Positions 58,547 through 64,000 of a stretch of 64,000 bases of DNA are shown here, piece after piece; position 1 is the first letter of the stretch, and each line of letters begins with the position of its first letter. The stretch is from Eutreptiella sp. 'Long Island Sound 2002' (Eukaryota; Protista; Euglenida), in assembly GCA_964036045.1 (NCBI GenBank), contig OZ038378.1, positions 37,944,001 to 38,008,000 of the forward strand, written 5' to 3'. Under the pieces are notes generated by a model that was not told where the DNA came from, did no database searches, and saw nothing but the letters and a program-made list of their open reading frames with translations. A program made the translations under genes and the position numbers.

Positions 58547-59829
58547 GTCCTGCGTATCCAATGCCCTGCCGAGGGCACCCACCCCTGTCCTCGCCCCTGC
58601 CCCTGCCCCTGTCCCTCCCCTTTCTCTGTCACTGCCGTCCACATCCCCAATCCCCGTCTGCCTGTGCATGTGTGCATCTCTGGCCATTGGGTCCGCATCG
58701 CCCACCCAGAATCGTAGTCTCAGTCACACTACCCGCTGGGACCGTATGTTTGTTTGTGACCCAAATTAGGTCGGCCAGATTTGTGGTCATCCTGAGAACC
58801 AGCTTTTGCTTTGTTTTGCAGGCAATTCTGACAGTCTCCTGTTTGTTTAGGTAAATAATCTTGCCTGCACCGTTTCCATACGCCAATCTGTATTTGTGGC
58901 TGTTGTTTGACATGGCTCACCATGTGCCTGCCTCTCTTGAAGCCGTCGCAGGGTACAGATTGTCCAAGCGAACCCCTGGGGTTGTTTTTGATACGTGGCC
59001 TTGGTCGGACAAGGGGGTGGGGGCGAGTCCGGTCGGTACACCAGGGAATTTGTGCACACCAATTTCCTAGTGTAATGCCCTGGTGTATTGTTGTCCTCTG
59101 TGCACACAAAATCCCTGGCCTACTGACCAGCGAGTGGTGTTATGTGCACCAAATGCCCCATTGCGGACCACCATGAAAGGGAATGCAGCACAGAAATCTT
59201 TGTTTCAGGTATGCCGGTGAAGTCAGGAATCAAACCAAGTATCATGCAGCAAAAGCGTACTGTGTTGCCAACTAAGCTACTTACATCTCTCGTGTACAAT
59301 CAATACAATCTCCTCATGGCCTGGGTGTGCGGCAATGGCAGACAGAGTGTGACGGCCAACGCGATGTGACAAGTCGTGCCGGCCTTATAGTGAGCCGTAC
59401 TGCCCCCGCACAGGGGGTTCAAATGGAGATGTGAAGCTTCGCCCGCTTGCCCCGGGTCGCCGCATACTATAGTGGGATGTCATGGGTCGCCCCGACCAGG
59501 GTAATAAGGCCAAAACCTCTGTAGGGTATTCCCATGGCACCGGGGTCTCTACTGGTGGCCCGGTTACGGCAGCCACGAGGGTGATTCCTTGGGTTACTCC
59601 GGGGGTTGCAGAGTCGGCAAGAATGCAAGACGGCAAGAAGGAGCCGCAACGCCACCGGCGTTGCAGTAAATTGGATGGGAAACGACCGGCGACTGGCGCC
59701 TCATTTAGCCGAAGGGACGCAAGGCCTGCCCATGGCCCCGAGAGGGGAATGGTACGGGTGAGGAGGCGTCCCCTGGCCCCGAGTTTGATACGGGGGGGTA
59801 GAAGAGCCGCTTGAGCGCCCCGAGAACGG

Positions 59830-60130
59830 AAAGGTGAGGATGGTGGAGGGAGTGTGATGGTGCCGGAAACGGTGTAGTGAGGCTGATGGGGACAGCATGG
59901 CGGTACAGTGGACTGTAGGGTGGATGCACTGGGGGACACATGGCGGTACGGGGGATGATGTGGTGGGAGTCTTGGAAGATGCATGGCGGCGCTAGGGACT
60001 GTGTACTGGGGATACAGGGGTACGCATGGCAGTACTGGGGTCAGTATGGTGGGAGTACTGGGGGACGCGCGGCGGTATTGGGGAGCAGAATGGTGGGAGT
60101 ATCGGGCGACGCCTGGCGGTACTGGGGTGT
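59830..60130. repeat. Degenerate ~40-bp G-rich minisatellite
   Basis: Recurrent ATGGTGGGAGTA / GGCGGTACTGGGG blocks. Confidence 0.6.
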
Positions 60131-61221
60131 CCCACCAACCCCCTAAACAACTCAGGGGGAGTACTAGGAGATCCCCTGGCCCCATAAACAAACTAGAGGG
60201 GCGGCGCCTGCGGGCATGTACATAGCCTAACCATCTGACCTCGGCACACAACTTGCAGTCACGGCGGCGCGTGCGGTGGCGGTCTTCAGGTAAAGGCGGG
60301 GGCCAACAGTAGTGGGCCAACATGTCGGTGTGGCGGTGCGGCCCGACGGCGGTGCGGCACGGCGGCGTAACGCCGCGTCTGCGGCCACCGTCTATATATG
60401 TGTAGCCTACCTGGTGGCATCAGTCGCAAGATACTCCTAGGGGTGCATGCCTGGGCGGCTCGTGAAGTATTGTGGAGACCGTAGGAGAGGTCCAGGGGGT
60501 GAGGCACGGGCCAATGCTATAAGTAGGCATGCCACGTTGTATGTGGATGCCGAACCTGCGGCCTGGACGCTGCTGTGGCGGAGATGGCGCAACCACGGGA
60601 GCTGGCCAACCAGTGCAGGTAAGGGTCAAGAGAAAGCGTCAGGGCAATGTATGTGGGCCAGATGAGGTGCACCTGGTTACCACGGCCCGGGGCGAACCTC
60701 TGGTGGGTACCCCTACAAGGGGTCGATAATCAAGCTACGGCACCCACCAGCCCGAGTCCCAGCAAGCGATATTCACGGGTTGTGCCTCTCCTGCCGCAGG
60801 GCGGCTGGCGTCCCCCCTGTGGACCCTCGTGGTATATTAAATGTGGGCATGTACAAGTACCACGTTGCCGCCCGGGTCATGGTCTCGGACAAGGGATACC
60901 GGCACTGTATATATCTGGGGTGTGGGGGCAATCTGCAAAGGGTCCGGCTATAAGCTACGGATGGCCAAGGATTACTATCGTATGCTTCTGTACAATACTG
61001 GAGGGGGCCTACGCTGGGTTCGCGGCGTACTCAAGGTGGACTACGGGGCGATGAAGGTTGAGGGCAAGGCTAGGCTGGAGCCCCCCTAAACCCTGGCTGT
61101 GTGTCAACGGACGTATGTGTGTGCGCTGCTGGCTGCTGAACATGATCATACAACGGGTGCATATCTATACCGCGGTGTAATGTTCTGTACTTTCTTGTAC
61201 TGTTCTGTACTATCACATACA

Positions 61222-61308
61222 TACTGTACTGTACTGTACTGTACTGTACTGTACTGTACTGTACCGTACTGTACTGTACTGTACTGTACTGTACTGTACT
61301 GTACTGTA
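61222..61308. repeat. (CTGTA)~17 pentanucleotide microsatellite
   Basis: Uninterrupted except for one CCGTA variant at ~61264. Confidence 0.98.
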
Positions 61309-61839
61309 GTCTGCACATTTTCCAGCCAAACACACACACCCACGCACACATAAGCCCCACCTGCACGCGCGCAAACTGGGGGGACGCAGCAGCAGCCAGA
61401 GGACCCCAGGAGGAGGGCACAGACTGGCAGCGAACGCACAGCGAAGACATGCCCCCCCCCCCCCTACAAGGGGGTATCATACAGGCCGAAGGGCGAGAGC
61501 GAAGGGCAGTGAAGAGGCTTAGGGACCCCACCTCCCTCATGCACTGGCGCCGAACACACGTTCCCTTCGGGGCGCGCAATGGAGCAGCATGGCCGCCCAG
61601 GATTGCAGAGCTCATAACCGTCTCCAGCACAGAGGCTCTGGTCGAGGCGAGGGCTCAGCTGAGGGGGGCACCGGCAGCTCGCCCTTTACAAGGGAGAGCA
61701 GGGGAGAGCGAGGCAGAGCAGAGTGTGCCCTCTGTAAGATAGTTGGCCCACAGACCCATACAGGCCTTCCTCTAGAATGTGATGTTGTTGTTCCACCCAA
61801 ACACACACACTCACACACACACACACACACACACACCTA

Positions 61840-62570
61840 CCCTTACCAACAACTCCTAGGCCCCCTGCCCAAGCCGGCGAAGCCCCCCATTTTATTACTA
61901 GCCACACCCACAGCGAAAAGCTGGCCGTGGGAACTGCCTTTCATGACGAATTTGCTGCGGTTGCGGCGGGCCCTGCAGTGGTACGATGCACCAGGAACGG
62001 TCACTTTCCTCGAGCTGGCACTAGATTTCGAGGAATTTGCGGGGTGCATGCTGCCGGCTGCGCCACAAGCAAAATGGACGGGACACACCCTCTCTTTACA
62101 CGAGCGCGCGCGTGTACTCCGCCTAGCCTTGGCCACTCTGCAAAAATTGGTGAAAACAAGGGTATGGTACCCTGTAGCCAACATGACCAAATGTGCAGCG
62201 CTGATTACACTTGGGGGTCTAGCTCTCTGCGGCCTAAACAGGCGACCATATTTTGCCTGTAGGCGCCAAATGATCACTCACGGTAGCATGCTTGCACATT
62301 ATTGTGAGTCCACATGGGCTACCAGCTCCCACACACGCGCATGCGCACAGACGGTACGTATATTTCGCACGCAAAACGGTTGAGGAGGTAGAAGGGCCAC
62401 TGCTGTGCCGGGCTCTGTGCGGGGCACTGGATACAAGCCTGATGCCAACCTCCAACCACACAAACATGGCCAAGGCGGGCTCCATCGGCACCTTTGCGAG
62501 GAACATCTTTTTGGTCATGGGGGATGGCAACGTGCCACAAGCGCCGTGCACTACCACAAGGCGCAGGTAG
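61840..62570 (+). mobile_element. 3' coding end of a decayed non-LTR retrotransposon
   Basis: LQWYDAPGTVTFLELALDFEEFAG...SLHERARVLRLAL resembles C-terminal motifs I associate with algal/protist LINE ORF2 (recollection, unverified). Upstream 59.4-61.1 kb is GC-rich decayed coding-like sequence without a recognisable RT YxDD. Confidence 0.45.
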
Positions 62571-64000
62571 CCAGTGGCAGGCCCAGCCCCCGCCCCCGCC
62601 CCGACATGCGTCTCCGTTAATAGTACCTCGTCAATAGTAAAGAGCACACACACACACACACGCACGCCCCCAGTGGCGAATGGCTTTTGCCAACTTCGCC
62701 AATACAGCCTACAGAGAAGTCCCGCTTGTGTTCTTCGCCGATACATTTCGTTTTGTCAAAAAATTTTCATGAGCTATGAATTTGTGCTCACTTCAAACTC
62801 TGAGGAAACCTCAATGAGAAAATTAGCGGTGTTGGTCGCGAACAGCAAAACTCACATGCAAGCATCCATGAGCAGAGCCAAAAAGTGAGACCGGTTTGGG
62901 CTAAAACAGGAAAAATCAGGCCCTCTAGCCCTCGTTGGTCTAAGCATGAAAATATGAACCGAAAGCCACAAAAGCAATTGAGAAATGCTCCCATGCTTGT
63001 TCATATCTTATTCCATGTCGCTCGCCATGCCATGACCTAACAATGTGCATGCATTCACGCCAGTGGTGTATCTTAAACAATTTTTTAGAACCAATGGAAG
63101 CTTTTTGTTCCAGTCATGGCAACACACAACACTGATAGGAATCACAAGTTACCTGGGGTGTGCAACACAGCATGCGATGGGATGTAGCAACGCTTGTTTT
63201 GGCTGCGCCTCAGCGGCACTGTACAAGAACACACGTGCCCTATTCCTCGATTCATTTAGTGTGCGCACTATGTACTTTGTGCCACCTTTTTCCTAGATAG
63301 CTTTGCGGTGGAATCACCGGAAAGTACGAAGCAGCGATTTGTTGATTTTTTTGGGTTCGGTTTGTGAATCAGCCCTCCATATTTCAGTGGTATGCATAAC
63401 ACATCGGGCTATCCACATATATTTGCGCAAAAAAATCATGAAGGTGCCCACCCTTTTACCCTTACCTTGGACTTCCGTGTCATGCACTCTGTCCTCCCAG
63501 TCCAAATCAATGGTGTGATAGTTGCGGAGTGTTTTGAGGACCCCAGCCACTAGAACGTGTCGTTGAAACGGCGTAGAAAGTATCCTTATTAAGAGTTCTT
63601 GTGTGATAACGTACCCCCCCCCCCCCAACACACACACACACACACACACACCACCCAAGGTTTGTGTGGGGTGTTGCTTAAAAAATGATAAAACGGTACA
63701 GGGTCAAAATTGCCAAAACGGCCCACACACATCTGCCGTGTGTGGGGTCGCTGCACCAACATGTGTCACCTTTCGGTTTTATTTCCATTGCATGTGTTTT
63801 TGCACCTCGTAGCCCCTACAAAGCACGGATGTCCGGCCTAGAAGTCACTAAAGGTAGGGGAGAGCACCCGTTGCTCCATCAAAAATGGTTGTAGGTCATT
63901 TTATTAGCAAAGAAGCATTTACCCTGCGTGAAGCAGCCGTTTGAATGGAAGATTCACGGTAGTGTGAATTTCACACCTTTTCTTGTGTTTTGTGCGTAAC

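Noticed and set aside
59385-60323. 312-aa Pro-rich minus-strand ORF
   Set aside because: It spans a G-rich minisatellite; its length is explained by the scarcity of stops in GC-rich DNA.

Overview
Eukaryotic, repeat-dominated genomic DNA with GT-AG introns; the organism cannot be determined from the sequence (a large-genome protist such as a euglenid is an unverified guess). I found no rRNA, intact tRNA gene, CRISPR array or prokaryotic operon. Layout: (1) 1-6.6 kb, two abutting satellites (~160 bp and 62 bp monomers). (2) 7058-14514, a decayed DNA transposon with CC(C)TAG-type TIRs and a 2-bp TSD. It encodes a RAG1/Transib-like DDE transposase and carries an antisense, internally deleted relative (7392-9700) inserted at codon 7 of that ORF. 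(3) 14.8-22.4 kb, a second decayed multi-exon element with an unclassified DDE-like ORF, a recurrent intronic palindrome and an inserted hAT-type MITE (19946-21061, 8-bp TSD). (4) A plus-strand host gene for a PPR-like helical-repeat protein (exons 24840-25358, 38920-39354, 44357-44650). Its large introns hold a GGTAAC minisatellite, further decayed elements and an antisense multi-exon pseudogene whose introns are paralogous hairpins. (5) 43.6-48.1 kb, tRNA-derived fold-back elements and minisatellites. (6) 56.5-58.5 kb, exons of an adenylyl-cyclase-like multi-TM protein. (7) 59-62.6 kb, a decayed non-LTR retroelement. The strongest signals are the nested RAG1/Transib-like element with EnSpm/Mirage-type ends and the family-specific hairpin introns. 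All protein-family assignments are by-eye motif comparisons, not database searches.
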